Source: Oscillospiraceae bacterium | GTDB taxonomy: Bacteria > Bacillota > Clostridia > Oscillospirales > CAG-272 | DNA length: 49,983 nt | Reading direction: 5' to 3' | NCBI GenBank assembly: GCA_015065175.1 | Contig: SVQV01000003.1 | Location: 1-49,983 of the forward strand | In this document: positions 29,379 through 41,334 of the stretch, one piece after another | Layout of the letters: each line of letters opens with the position of its first letter | Numbering within the stretch: position 1 is the first letter of the stretch | The notes under the pieces: generated by a model | Told to the model about the DNA's origin: nothing | Database searches by the model: none | The model's input: the letters and a program-made list of their open reading frames with translations, nothing else | Made by a program: the position numbers and the translations under genes

Positions 29379-29711
29379 ATGCAAAGCAGGCGGTGCGTAT
29401 TGTCTCGCCCTACGGTGACGGAAACGGCGACGGAAACGGCGGGAGTAAACACCCGCCCTGCGACCGTGGATATATCGGGGGAAGCATCCACAAGGGGTAT
29501 AACCCCTCGCCCGACGATCTTGGATATAGTTTGCGCGTATAAATCTTTAACGGCGAGAGAATGTAAAAAGATAGGATTTGAAGGAAAGCTTTTTCAGACT
29601 TCTTTTTATGAGCATATTATACGAAACCGAAATGATTACGTTGAGGTTGTAAAATACATTTACGAAAATCCTATTCGGTGGTACTATGATGAATTATATT
29701 CAGATGAATAA
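29379..29711 (+). pseudogene. 3' remnant of a REP-associated tyrosine transposase (RAYT, Y1 HUH family)
   Basis: IVCAYKSLT..LFQTSFYEHIIRN..Y..YIYENPIRW matches the RAYT C-terminus; no HUH N-terminal half. Confidence 0.75.
29389..29515 (-). repeat. Three degenerate GTAG-type REP-like palindromes within the RAYT remnant
   Basis: Minus-strand starts GTAGGGCG (29413), GCAGGGCG (29461), GTCGGGCG (29515); GGCGGG..CCCGCC and AGGGGT..ACCCCT stems. Confidence 0.55.
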
Positions 29712-29781
29712 GCGGTGTTCGCTTTTTATTTGTGTATTTATAAAAACAAAAAATTAACTTATAAGGGAAAAGGAAGCAGTT

Positions 29782-30405
29782 ATGAGAATTTTATTTCAGG
29801 GAGACTCTATTACAGATGCGAGTCGTGCGAGAGACAATGATGACAATGTAGGTGTTGGTTATCCGTTGCTTGTAAAGGCAAGCCTCGGCTTTGAAGAACC
29901 GGGCAAATATGAGTTTTTTAACAAAGGCATAAGCGGAAACAGAGTTACAGACGTTTATGCGCGTATTAAAAACGACATCATAAACCTCAAGCCCGATGTT
30001 ATGAGCATACTCATAGGTGTCAATGATGTATGGCACGAGTTTTTGCCCTCGCCCAACGGTGTTGATGCCGATAAATATTATAAGATATACGATATGCTTA
30101 TCGAGGAAGTAAAGGCGGCGCTTCCCGATGTCAAGATAATGATATTGGAGCCGTTCGTGCTTAAGGGAACGGCTACGGCAGATAAAGAACCATTCTTCCC
30201 CGAGGTGTATAAGCGTGCGGAGATGGCAAAGAAGATTGCCGAAAAATACAGTCTTCCTTACATTCCTTTGCAGGCAGGCTTTGACGAGCTGACAAAAAAG
30301 GCAGAGGAAAGCTATTGGCTCAGAGACGGTGTTCACCCGACAGCTATGGGTCATGAATATATCAAGAACGAGTGGCTTAAAGCATTTAAGAAATTGACGA
30401 AGTAA
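29782..30405 (+). CDS. SGNH/GDSL hydrolase
   Basis: QGDSIT, GISG, GVND, DGVHP blocks. Confidence 0.93.
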   Translation: MRILFQGDSITDASRARDNDDNVGVGYPLLVKASLGFEEPGKYEFFNKGISGNRVTDVYARIKNDIINLKPDVMSILIGVNDVWHEFLPSPNGVDADKYYKIYDMLIEEVKAALPDVKIMILEPFVLKGTATADKEPFFPEVYKRAEMAKKIAEKYSLPYIPLQAGFDELTKKAEESYWLRDGVHPTAMGHEYIKNEWLKAFKKLTK

Positions 30406-30432
30406 TACATAAGAAACAGGAGATATTTGAAT

Positions 30433-31164
30433 ATGAAGCTATACACGCTTGGAACAAGTCATGGAAGGACAGAGGTAGGGAGAGCCTGCTCTGCGCATCT
30501 TTTGGAGGTAAATGGGGCATATTACCTTTTTGACTGCGGCGGAGACGTTGAATGTAAGATAACTAACCTTGAAATCCCTTTTGACGACATCCGCGCCGTC
30601 TTTATAACTCATATGCACGAGGATCACGTCGGTACACTGTCATCGGTGGTGAAAAGATTTTGCCACTACAACAAGACCGACAGCCGTCTTGCCGTTCATA
30701 TGCCCGAGCAAGAGGGAATAGACGTATTCAAAAAATGGTTTGAAGCTATGCATATGCGCCTTTCGGACAAGGTCGAATATAAGCTGGTAGAAGAAGGGGA
30801 TATCTATTCCGATGAAAATATCACTGTCAGCGCCATTCCTACCCTTCATATGCAGAACGGAGAATTTCCGAGCTACGCCTATGCGGTGAGTACAGAGGAC
30901 AAGAAATTTCTTTATACAGGCGACCTGAACGGATCCTTCTCTGATTATCCGCAAACAGCCTTTGAACAGGACTTCGACGCTATACTCTGCGAATTGGTGC
31001 ATTTCAATGTTGAGAAAAATCTTGACACTATAATAAAGAGCAGAACCAAAAGAATAATTTTTACGCACACAAGACCCGCAAAGATTTTGGAAATACAGGC
31101 AAATGCCGATAAATTTCCGTTTGATATGGATATAGCCGAGGATGGCAAGGTTTATGAGATATAA
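30433..31164 (+). CDS. MBL-fold metallo-hydrolase (RNase Z/phosphodiesterase-like)
   Basis: LGTS, FDCG, THMHEDH (HxHxDH), YTGD, FTH. Confidence 0.88.
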   Translation: MKLYTLGTSHGRTEVGRACSAHLLEVNGAYYLFDCGGDVECKITNLEIPFDDIRAVFITHMHEDHVGTLSSVVKRFCHYNKTDSRLAVHMPEQEGIDVFKKWFEAMHMRLSDKVEYKLVEEGDIYSDENITVSAIPTLHMQNGEFPSYAYAVSTEDKKFLYTGDLNGSFSDYPQTAFEQDFDAILCELVHFNVEKNLDTIIKSRTKRIIFTHTRPAKILEIQANADKFPFDMDIAEDGKVYEI

Positions 31165-31210
31165 GCCGATAAGAAATATTGACAAAAGCTTTGAATGAAA
31201 GGATTTTTTT

Positions 31211-32191
31211 ATGAATAAAATAAGATGGGGAATCGTTGGAGCGGGAAATATCGCAAAAAAGTTTGCCGTAGCGGTCAAAAACGTAGACTGTGCCGAGCTT
31301 GTGGCGATAGGGTCGCGCACGAAGGAAAAGGGTGAGGCATTTGCCGAAGCTTACGGAATAGAAAATGTCTTTGACTCATATGAGGCTATGGCAAGCTCCG
31401 ACAAGGTAGATGCGGTCTATATAGCAACACCGCACCCTATGCACGTCTCCTGCGCACTGCTCTTTCTTGAAGCCAAAAAGCACGTGCTGTGCGAGAAGCC
31501 TCTCTGTGTGAATGCCGCACAGGCAATAAAGCTCAAAGAAAGCGCAAACAGAAACGGAGTGTTTCTTATGGAGGCAATGTGGACGAGATTTTTGCCTGCC
31601 ATTAAGGAAATACAAGGGCTTATAGCTGAGGGCGCAATAGGCGAGGTGTCGGGCATAAAAGCAGACTTCTGCTATGCAAGCACTTATGACGAGGACAGGA
31701 AAATATACAGAAACGATATGGCGGGCGGCTCGCTTCTGGACGTCGGAGTTTACGGTCTGCATTTTTCTTCTATATTTTTGGGGGAGGAGCCCGAAGAAAT
31801 TTCTTCTATGGCTAAGATAGGACACGGTGTAGACCTGCACACAAATGTTCTCTTGAAATATAAGAACGGCGCTATTTCATATATATCCTCGGCAGTAGAC
31901 CTCTATAAGCCGAGCGATGCGTATATTTACGGCACGAAGGGCTACATATACGTTCCCACGTTTTACGGCGCAAAGGATTTTTATCTCTGCAAGGGCAGCG
32001 AAAAGCTTCACATAGAAAAGCCGTCTATAGGCGTAGGCTTTGAAGAGGAAATATACGAGGTCTGCCATTGTATCGCGGCAGGAAAGACCGAAAGCGATGT
32101 TCTTCCCTTGGATAAGACTGTAAAAATTTTGTCACAAATGGACTTGATAAGAAAGCAGATTGGCTTGGAATACCCCTTTGATTTTGAATAA
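31211..32191 (+). CDS. Gfo/Idh/MocA oxidoreductase (dihydrodiol/xylose dehydrogenase-like subgroup)
   Basis: RWGIVGAGNIA, CEKP, MEAMWTRFLP, GGSLLDVGVY. Confidence 0.92.
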   Translation: MNKIRWGIVGAGNIAKKFAVAVKNVDCAELVAIGSRTKEKGEAFAEAYGIENVFDSYEAMASSDKVDAVYIATPHPMHVSCALLFLEAKKHVLCEKPLCVNAAQAIKLKESANRNGVFLMEAMWTRFLPAIKEIQGLIAEGAIGEVSGIKADFCYASTYDEDRKIYRNDMAGGSLLDVGVYGLHFSSIFLGEEPEEISSMAKIGHGVDLHTNVLLKYKNGAISYISSAVDLYKPSDAYIYGTKGYIYVPTFYGAKDFYLCKGSEKLHIEKPSIGVGFEEEIYEVCHCIAAGKTESDVLPLDKTVKILSQMDLIRKQIGLEYPFDFE

Positions 32192-32229
32192 AAGGCAAAT
32201 GTAATTTGTCTTTGCGGAGGTGAGAAGGC

Positions 32230-33039
32230 TTGGAGATATCAAAAGAGAACGTTAAAAATAAGTGGACAATGAATAAAACAGAATACCGCGGGGTCAGCAG
32301 ATTTCATTGGCACCCGCGCACCGAGGTGTGCTGTATTGCGGAGGGAAAAAGCGACTTTTACGTAAACGGAAAGCTTTACAACGCAAAAAAAGGCGATGTC
32401 CTTATTTTTAACAGCGGAGATATCCACAAATTTATTTTAGATGAGCAGGGTGCTATCATATATGTTTGTCTTTTTGAGCCTGCGCTTATATATAAGAACC
32501 TCGAAAGTATTCCTTTTATAAAGACTCATATAACAGGCGAGGAAATGAAACAGAAGGGAATATTTGACGAAATACTTTCTCTTTTTGAGGATATATTGCA
32601 GGAAAGAATAAAAGGCGGCAAGTATTTTGATGTAATTGCGCAGACACAGATAGTTAAGCTTTACAGTCTGCTTGCAAGACATTTTGAGGACGAAAGCAAG
32701 ACCGAAAAAAATGATATAAACAAGTTTGAGGCATTTCAGAAAATATTGGATTATATATCCGAAAACTATGCGAGCGATATTTCTCTCTCTGATCTTGCAG
32801 GTGTAATAAATTACAGTGTGAGCAATGTTTCCGCCATGTTTTCTCGCTTTATAGACACTAATTTTAAAAAGTATCTGGACAACGTAAGAGTCAATAAAGC
32901 AATAGAGCTGTTAGGAAACGACAGTCTGACCGTCATAGATGTTGCAATGAAGTGCGGCTTTAATAATGTGCGCACCTTTAACAGTGTTTTTAAGTCGGTT
33001 ACGGGAATGACTCCCTCCGAGATGAAAAACAAAATTTAA
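32230..33039 (+). CDS. AraC-family regulator with cupin sensor domain
   Basis: FHWH..E cupin; C-terminal CGFNNVRTFNSVFKSVTGMTPSE; TTG start with GGAGGTGA RBS. Confidence 0.92.
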   Translation: MEISKENVKNKWTMNKTEYRGVSRFHWHPRTEVCCIAEGKSDFYVNGKLYNAKKGDVLIFNSGDIHKFILDEQGAIIYVCLFEPALIYKNLESIPFIKTHITGEEMKQKGIFDEILSLFEDILQERIKGGKYFDVIAQTQIVKLYSLLARHFEDESKTEKNDINKFEAFQKILDYISENYASDISLSDLAGVINYSVSNVSAMFSRFIDTNFKKYLDNVRVNKAIELLGNDSLTVIDVAMKCGFNNVRTFNSVFKSVTGMTPSEMKNKI

Positions 33040-33129
33040 ACCTTCTTGTTCCCAATAAAAATTTTCTTGAATTTCTTTATTAAAAGTGATAGAGTATATT
33101 ATATTTAAGAAAACTGATTGGAGAAAATT

Positions 33130-34158
33130 ATGGTTAAGGTTTGTATTGTTGGCGCAGGTAGGATTTCGGAATTACATGCGGCGGCATATAAAAACAATAA
33201 GTCGGCAGAGCTTTGCGCTGTATGTGACATAAACGAAGAAAGAGCGAATGCGTTCGCCGATAAATTCGGAATAAAGAACATATACACCTCCTTCGAAGAA
33301 ATGCTTGAAAAGGAGAAAGACCTTGACGCTCTTGACGTTTGTGTGTGGAACAAGGAGCATGCATCAAAGTCGGTTGCGGCATTGGAGCGTGGGCTTAACG
33401 TCTTGTGCGAAAAGCCTATGGCTATAAGCCTTGCGGAAGCCGAGCGGATGACAGAAGCGGCAAAGAAAAACGGAAAGCTGCTTATGATAGCTCAAGTAAA
33501 ACGCTTCAGCAACGAGTGCGCAGTCGCAAGGGATATGATAGAAAGCGGTGCGCTTGGAAGCATTTATCATTCGAGAGCCTTCTACTTACGCCGATGCGGA
33601 AATCCCGGCGGCTGGTTTGCCGACAAGAGCCTGTCGGGCGGAGGCCCCGTCATAGATATAGGCATTCATAATCTTGACCTTTGCAGATATCTTATGGGAT
33701 GTCCTAAGGCTACGAGCGTATATGCGATAACACACAGAAATTCTGTTCGCCGGAGTAAAAACGATGCTTGCACTGTCGAAGATTATGCGGCTGCAATTAT
33801 AAAATACGAAAACGGTGCCACCACTCTTTTTGAAACGAGCTATAACCTCAACGGCAGAAACGATCTGCGCAGCGCGGAGGTATACGGAAGCGAGGGCGGA
33901 ATCATCATAGACGACAAGGTGACTCTTTATAATCAGGTCGGCGGGCATATGATGACCTCAAGCTTAGCCGATGTCAGCCTTGATAAGTTAGATGCCCAAA
34001 AGGCAAATGTTAATTTTCAAAACGAGATAAACCACTTTATAGACTGCATAGAAAACAATACACCCTGTATTTCCGACGGTGAGGACAGCCTTGAAAATAT
34101 GCGTATAATAGATGCGCTTTACAGATCTGCCGAGTCGGGATGCGAGATAATACTGTAA
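33130..34158 (+). CDS. Gfo/Idh/MocA oxidoreductase
   Basis: GAGRIS, LCEKPM, GWF..SGGGPVIDIGIH; GGAG RBS before ATG 33130. Confidence 0.92.
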   Translation: MVKVCIVGAGRISELHAAAYKNNKSAELCAVCDINEERANAFADKFGIKNIYTSFEEMLEKEKDLDALDVCVWNKEHASKSVAALERGLNVLCEKPMAISLAEAERMTEAAKKNGKLLMIAQVKRFSNECAVARDMIESGALGSIYHSRAFYLRRCGNPGGWFADKSLSGGGPVIDIGIHNLDLCRYLMGCPKATSVYAITHRNSVRRSKNDACTVEDYAAAIIKYENGATTLFETSYNLNGRNDLRSAEVYGSEGGIIIDDKVTLYNQVGGHMMTSSLADVSLDKLDAQKANVNFQNEINHFIDCIENNTPCISDGEDSLENMRIIDALYRSAESGCEIIL

Positions 34159-34171
34159 ATAAACAAGTCAA

Positions 34172-34235
34172 ACGAAAAACTTGCTTTTTTTGATGCTTTT
34201 ACGTATCTTAAAATGCAAGTTTTTCGTGTTTTTTT
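34172..34235 (+). terminator. Probable intrinsic terminator
   Basis: ACGAAAAACTTGC...GCAAGTTTTTCGT 13-bp inverted repeat followed by a T run. Confidence 0.6.
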
Positions 34236-34246
34236 AGCCTTTTTTA

Positions 34247-34274
34247 TTGCAAAATAATATTTATATGTTATAAT
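34247..34274 (+). promoter_or_regulatory. sigma70/A promoter for the GH2 gene cluster
   Basis: TTGCAA-16 bp-TATAAT with TG extension. Confidence 0.65.
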
Positions 34275-34343
34275 ATAAACTGTGTAGGTATAGATATTTC
34301 TTGCCTGTAAATTGTATTTTGTCGGCATATAAGGATTTGTTGA

Positions 34344-37205
<2,862 letters not shown>

Positions 37206-37226
37206 TTGCATTTTGGAGGAATAAAT

Positions 37227-38060
37227 ATGAGATACAATTTTTTAAGATTTCCGAATTTTAAATTCAAGGCGGTAACGCTCAGTTATGATGACGGCGTTGT
37301 TTTTGACGAAAAGCTAATAGAGATAATGTCGAAAAACGGCTTGAAGGGCACCTTCAATATCAACTCCTCGCTTTTTGCGAAGGAGGAGGGCGGCAGACGC
37401 TTGACAAAAGAGCAGGCGTATAAGCTGTATACCGAGTCGGGAAATGAGGTAGCCGTTCACGGTTGCGTACACCACTCTCTGCCCGATGTGCCCGATGCGA
37501 CGGCGACTGCCGATATAGTAAATGACAGAATAGCTCTTGAAGAAATGTTCGGGACTGTTGTCACAGGTATGGCTTACGCTATGGGCACCTTTAGCGACAA
37601 GGCGGTTGAGATACTCAAAAACTGCGGCATAGAATATGCGAGAACCGCTCAGTCAACCGGTACTTTTGATATTCCTACCGATTGGCTCAGACTTAAGCCC
37701 ACCGCTCATCACGCAAATCCGAAGCTTATGGAGCTGGCGAAGAGCTTTATAGAAGGCGATGTGCCGAACAGATATTGGGGCAAGTCGCCTTGGCTGTTCT
37801 ACCTCTGGGGACACAGCTATGAGTTCAATGACGCTGATAACTGGAATATTATCGAGGAGTTTGCCGAATACGTAGGCAACAGGGATGATATATGGTATGC
37901 GACAAACAAGGAAATATACGATTATATAAAAGCGTATGACTCTCTTATTTACAGTGTAAAGATGGACAGGGTAAAGAATCCGAGCGCACTTACGGTATAC
38001 GCTGATTATTTCGGACGTGAGGTTGCTATTCCCGCGGGAGAGACCGTAAAAATAAAGTAA
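37227..38060 (+). CDS. Polysaccharide deacetylase (CE4-like)
   Basis: TLSYDDG, HGCVH, LWGHSYEF; GGAGG RBS before ATG 37227. Confidence 0.88.
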   Translation: MRYNFLRFPNFKFKAVTLSYDDGVVFDEKLIEIMSKNGLKGTFNINSSLFAKEEGGRRLTKEQAYKLYTESGNEVAVHGCVHHSLPDVPDATATADIVNDRIALEEMFGTVVTGMAYAMGTFSDKAVEILKNCGIEYARTAQSTGTFDIPTDWLRLKPTAHHANPKLMELAKSFIEGDVPNRYWGKSPWLFYLWGHSYEFNDADNWNIIEEFAEYVGNRDDIWYATNKEIYDYIKAYDSLIYSVKMDRVKNPSALTVYADYFGREVAIPAGETVKIK

Positions 38061-38084
38061 ACGACATTTAAGGGTGATTATCAG

Positions 38085-39050
38085 ATGGACATTTTCTTAT
38101 TAGTGCTCAGCCAGATGCTTATGATGGCACTTCTCATTGCAGTCGGATTTTTACTTAGTAAAAAGAAGCTTATACCTGAAAATTCCGGCTCGGTGATCTC
38201 GAAGCTGGAGACCTTCATATTTGTGCCTGCCCTGAGCTTATACAATCAGCTTAACAACTGCACAGTTGATAATTTCAAGCAAAATTCGCGCCTGATTTTA
38301 TACGGACTTCTGTTTGTGCTTATGGCGATAGCAATTGCATATCCTCTCTCCCGTCTTTTTGTCAGACGGACGAACGGAGACGGCGCGCTTGAATATCAGA
38401 GAAACATTTATAAGTATGCGCTTACCTTCGGTAACTTCGGATTTATGGGCAACTTTATAATTCTTGGGCTTTTCGGTGACGCTATGCTCTATAAATACAC
38501 GATGTTTACCTTCTTTGTATCCTTCCTTTGCTATTCCTGGGGTCTTTATGTTCTTATTCCCAAGGGCGAAAGCAGTCTTTTGAAAAATCTGAAAAAAGGT
38601 CTGCTCACTCCTCCTATAATAGCGCTTCTTATAGGTATTGTCTGCGGACTTCTGAATGTCCGTCCGTATGTGCCTAATTTTGCTATGAGCGCGCTTGAAA
38701 ATGCCTCCAAGTGTATGGGACCTGCCGCTATGGTGCTTGCGGGTATCGTCATCGGCGGATACGATGTGAAGGAGCTTATGCTTAACAAAAAGGTCTATCT
38801 TGTCTCATTGCTCAGACTGATAGTTATTCCGTCGGTTATGATGCTGCTTTTAAAGGCAATCGGTATGGACAAGGAAACTATGATGCTTGTACTTATCGCC
38901 TTTGCGACACCTCTCGGAATGAACACTATAGTTTACCCCGCGGCATACGGCGGAGACACGAAAACGGGCGCTTCAATGACGATGATATCACACGTTTTGT
39001 CGATTATAACCATACCCGTTATGTATTATATTTTTATAGAAATATTATAA
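38085..39050 (+). CDS. AEC (auxin efflux carrier)-family transporter
   Basis: About 10 TM segments; FVPAL, GNFGFMG, TPPIIA, RLIVIP. Confidence 0.88.
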   Translation: MDIFLLVLSQMLMMALLIAVGFLLSKKKLIPENSGSVISKLETFIFVPALSLYNQLNNCTVDNFKQNSRLILYGLLFVLMAIAIAYPLSRLFVRRTNGDGALEYQRNIYKYALTFGNFGFMGNFIILGLFGDAMLYKYTMFTFFVSFLCYSWGLYVLIPKGESSLLKNLKKGLLTPPIIALLIGIVCGLLNVRPYVPNFAMSALENASKCMGPAAMVLAGIVIGGYDVKELMLNKKVYLVSLLRLIVIPSVMMLLLKAIGMDKETMMLVLIAFATPLGMNTIVYPAAYGGDTKTGASMTMISHVLSIITIPVMYYIFIEIL

Positions 39051-39070
39051 TTACAAGGAGACTTTCACTT

Positions 39071-40174
39071 ATGTTTATTGAACAGGAGCTTGAAAAAAGA
39101 AACCTTCCCGAGCTTATGAAACTTAATTCCGGTGAAAAGGTGACAAAAGAAAACTGGGAAGAGAGACGCAAAGAATTGGTCGAGTGTCTTTCCGAAAACC
39201 TTTACGGATATACGCCTGAAGCACCGTCCGAGGTAAGAGCGACCTGTACGGGCATTGACAGATGGTATACCTTCGGTGGCAAGGCGACGGCTGAATCCTA
39301 CGATATATCCTTTGATACACCTACCGGAGAATTTACATTCCCTATAAGAGTGGTTATTCCCAAGAACGCGGAAAAGCCTCCGGTTATTTTGCACCTTAAC
39401 TTCAAGGCGGAATTTCCCGTGCCTGTAGAGGAGATAATCGACAACGGATTTGCATTGGTGCAGGTTCGTCATCATCTGATAACCCCGGACGATAATCATC
39501 CCGAGGACTATTTTGCGAGCTTCCATTCGGGTCTCGGTGAAAAATATATAGGCAACAGAACGAGAGAGGATACCGAGTGGGGCAAGGTCGGCATGTGGGC
39601 TTATGCGGCGTCGAGAGTTATGGACTATCTGCAGACACGTACCGATATAAACCGAGATAGAATTGCAATAGCAGGACACTCCCGCTTGGGCAAGACCGCA
39701 CTTTGGTGCAGAGCGCAGGACGACAGATTTTTTGCCGCAATGTGTAATAACGGAAATTACGGCGGCGCAGGACTTATAAGAGGTCATAAGGGCGAGGATA
39801 TACCCGGCTTCTTGAAACGCGGAAGCTATGACTTTTTCTGCGAAGGGTGGACGAAGTTTTCCGAAACACCTCACAGCGAGCTTCCTTTTGATATGCATTT
39901 TGCCGTAGCCGCTTGCGCTCCGGGGCTTGTTTATGTTGCGGGTGCAACGAATGATGCGGGTATGGATCCTGTATCCGAATTTCTCTCCTGCTGTGCGGCA
40001 AGCGAGGCTTATGAAGCGCTTGGCTATAAAGGCTTCGTTTGTGATGATGAATATCCCGCAGTTGAGAAGCCTATGCAGGACGGCAGGATAGGCTTTCATA
40101 TCCGCGAGGGCGGTCATGCGTTTTCACGCTACGATTGGCAGAATTTTATGAATTTCTTAAAAAAGAATATGTAA
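39071..40174 (+). CDS. CE15-like (glucuronoyl esterase family) serine esterase, copy 1
   Basis: GHSRLGKTALW nucleophile motif, PFDMH, C-terminal GGH. Confidence 0.8.
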   Translation: MFIEQELEKRNLPELMKLNSGEKVTKENWEERRKELVECLSENLYGYTPEAPSEVRATCTGIDRWYTFGGKATAESYDISFDTPTGEFTFPIRVVIPKNAEKPPVILHLNFKAEFPVPVEEIIDNGFALVQVRHHLITPDDNHPEDYFASFHSGLGEKYIGNRTREDTEWGKVGMWAYAASRVMDYLQTRTDINRDRIAIAGHSRLGKTALWCRAQDDRFFAAMCNNGNYGGAGLIRGHKGEDIPGFLKRGSYDFFCEGWTKFSETPHSELPFDMHFAVAACAPGLVYVAGATNDAGMDPVSEFLSCCAASEAYEALGYKGFVCDDEYPAVEKPMQDGRIGFHIREGGHAFSRYDWQNFMNFLKKNM

Positions 40175-40203
40175 GATGCTTTTGATAAAAGGAGAAAAAG
40201 GTT

Positions 40204-41304
40204 ATGTTTATTGAGCAAGAGCTTGAAAAAAGAGGTCTTCCCGAGCTTATGAAGCTTAACTCGGGTGAAAAGGTTACAAAGGAAAATTGGGACGAAAGGC
40301 GTCGCGAGCTTATCGAATGTCTTTCGAAAAATCTTTACGGATATACACCCGAAGCACCCTCTGAGGTAAGAGCGAAATGCACGGGCATCGACAGATGGTA
40401 TACCTTCGGCGGCAAGGCGACTGCGGAATCATACGATATATCATTCGATACACCGACAGGCGAATTCACCTTCCCGATAAGAGTTGTAGTGCCTAAAAAT
40501 GTGGAAAAGCCACCCGTTATCCTACATCTTAACTTCAAGCCCGAGTTTCCTGTACCTGCGGAAGAAATAATCGACAACGGCTTTGCCTTGGTTCAGGTGC
40601 ATCATCACACGGTAGAGTGCGACGATGTTTTTCCCGACAATTATTTCGCTAATTTCCAAGGTCTTGGCGCTAAATATATAGGGGACAGAACGAGAAAAAG
40701 CACCGAATGGGGCAAGATAGGTATGTGGGCTTTTGCCGCTTCGAGTATAATGGACTATTTGCAGACACGTACCGACATAAACCGCAAGAGAATTGCGGTA
40801 GCGGGACATTCCCGTCTCGGCAAGACTGCACTATGGTGCAGAGCGCAGGATGACAGATTTTTTGCTGTTATGTGCAATGACTCTAATTACGGCGGCGCGG
40901 GGCTTATCAGAGGTCACAAGGGAGAAGACATTCCCGCCTTTATGAGACTCGGCAGCTATGACTTTTTCTGTGAGGGCTGGAAGAATTTCCTGAATACCCC
41001 TCATAGCGAGCTTCCGTTCGATATGCATTTTCTCTTAGCCGCTTGCGCTCCCTCTTATGTTTATGTCTCGGGAGCTACCAATGACTCGGGAATGGACCCC
41101 GTCTCCGAATTTCTTTCCTGCTGTGCGGCAAGCGAGGCATATAAATTGCTTGGATATAAAGGTCTTGTCTGTGAGGACAAGATTCCCGACGTAGAGCAGC
41201 CCTTACAGGAGGGCGATATAGCCTTCCACATTCGTGAGGGTATTCATGCCTTTGTGCGTTACGACTGGATGAACTTTATGAAATTCTTTAAAAATAAAAT
41301 GTAA
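40204..41304 (+). CDS. CE15-like serine esterase, copy 2 (tandem paralog)
   Basis: Same motifs; colinear with copy 1 along its whole length. Confidence 0.8.
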   Translation: MFIEQELEKRGLPELMKLNSGEKVTKENWDERRRELIECLSKNLYGYTPEAPSEVRAKCTGIDRWYTFGGKATAESYDISFDTPTGEFTFPIRVVVPKNVEKPPVILHLNFKPEFPVPAEEIIDNGFALVQVHHHTVECDDVFPDNYFANFQGLGAKYIGDRTRKSTEWGKIGMWAFAASSIMDYLQTRTDINRKRIAVAGHSRLGKTALWCRAQDDRFFAVMCNDSNYGGAGLIRGHKGEDIPAFMRLGSYDFFCEGWKNFLNTPHSELPFDMHFLLAACAPSYVYVSGATNDSGMDPVSEFLSCCAASEAYKLLGYKGLVCEDKIPDVEQPLQEGDIAFHIREGIHAFVRYDWMNFMKFFKNKM

Positions 41305-41334
41305 TCTATACTAAAGATTTTAAGGAGCAGAGCA

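Noticed and set aside
39065-40117. 350-aa antisense ORF over CE15 copy 1, and the many other antisense ORFs across the window
   Set aside because: Shadow frames of real genes with no recognisable motifs; the equivalent frame is broken in the paralog.
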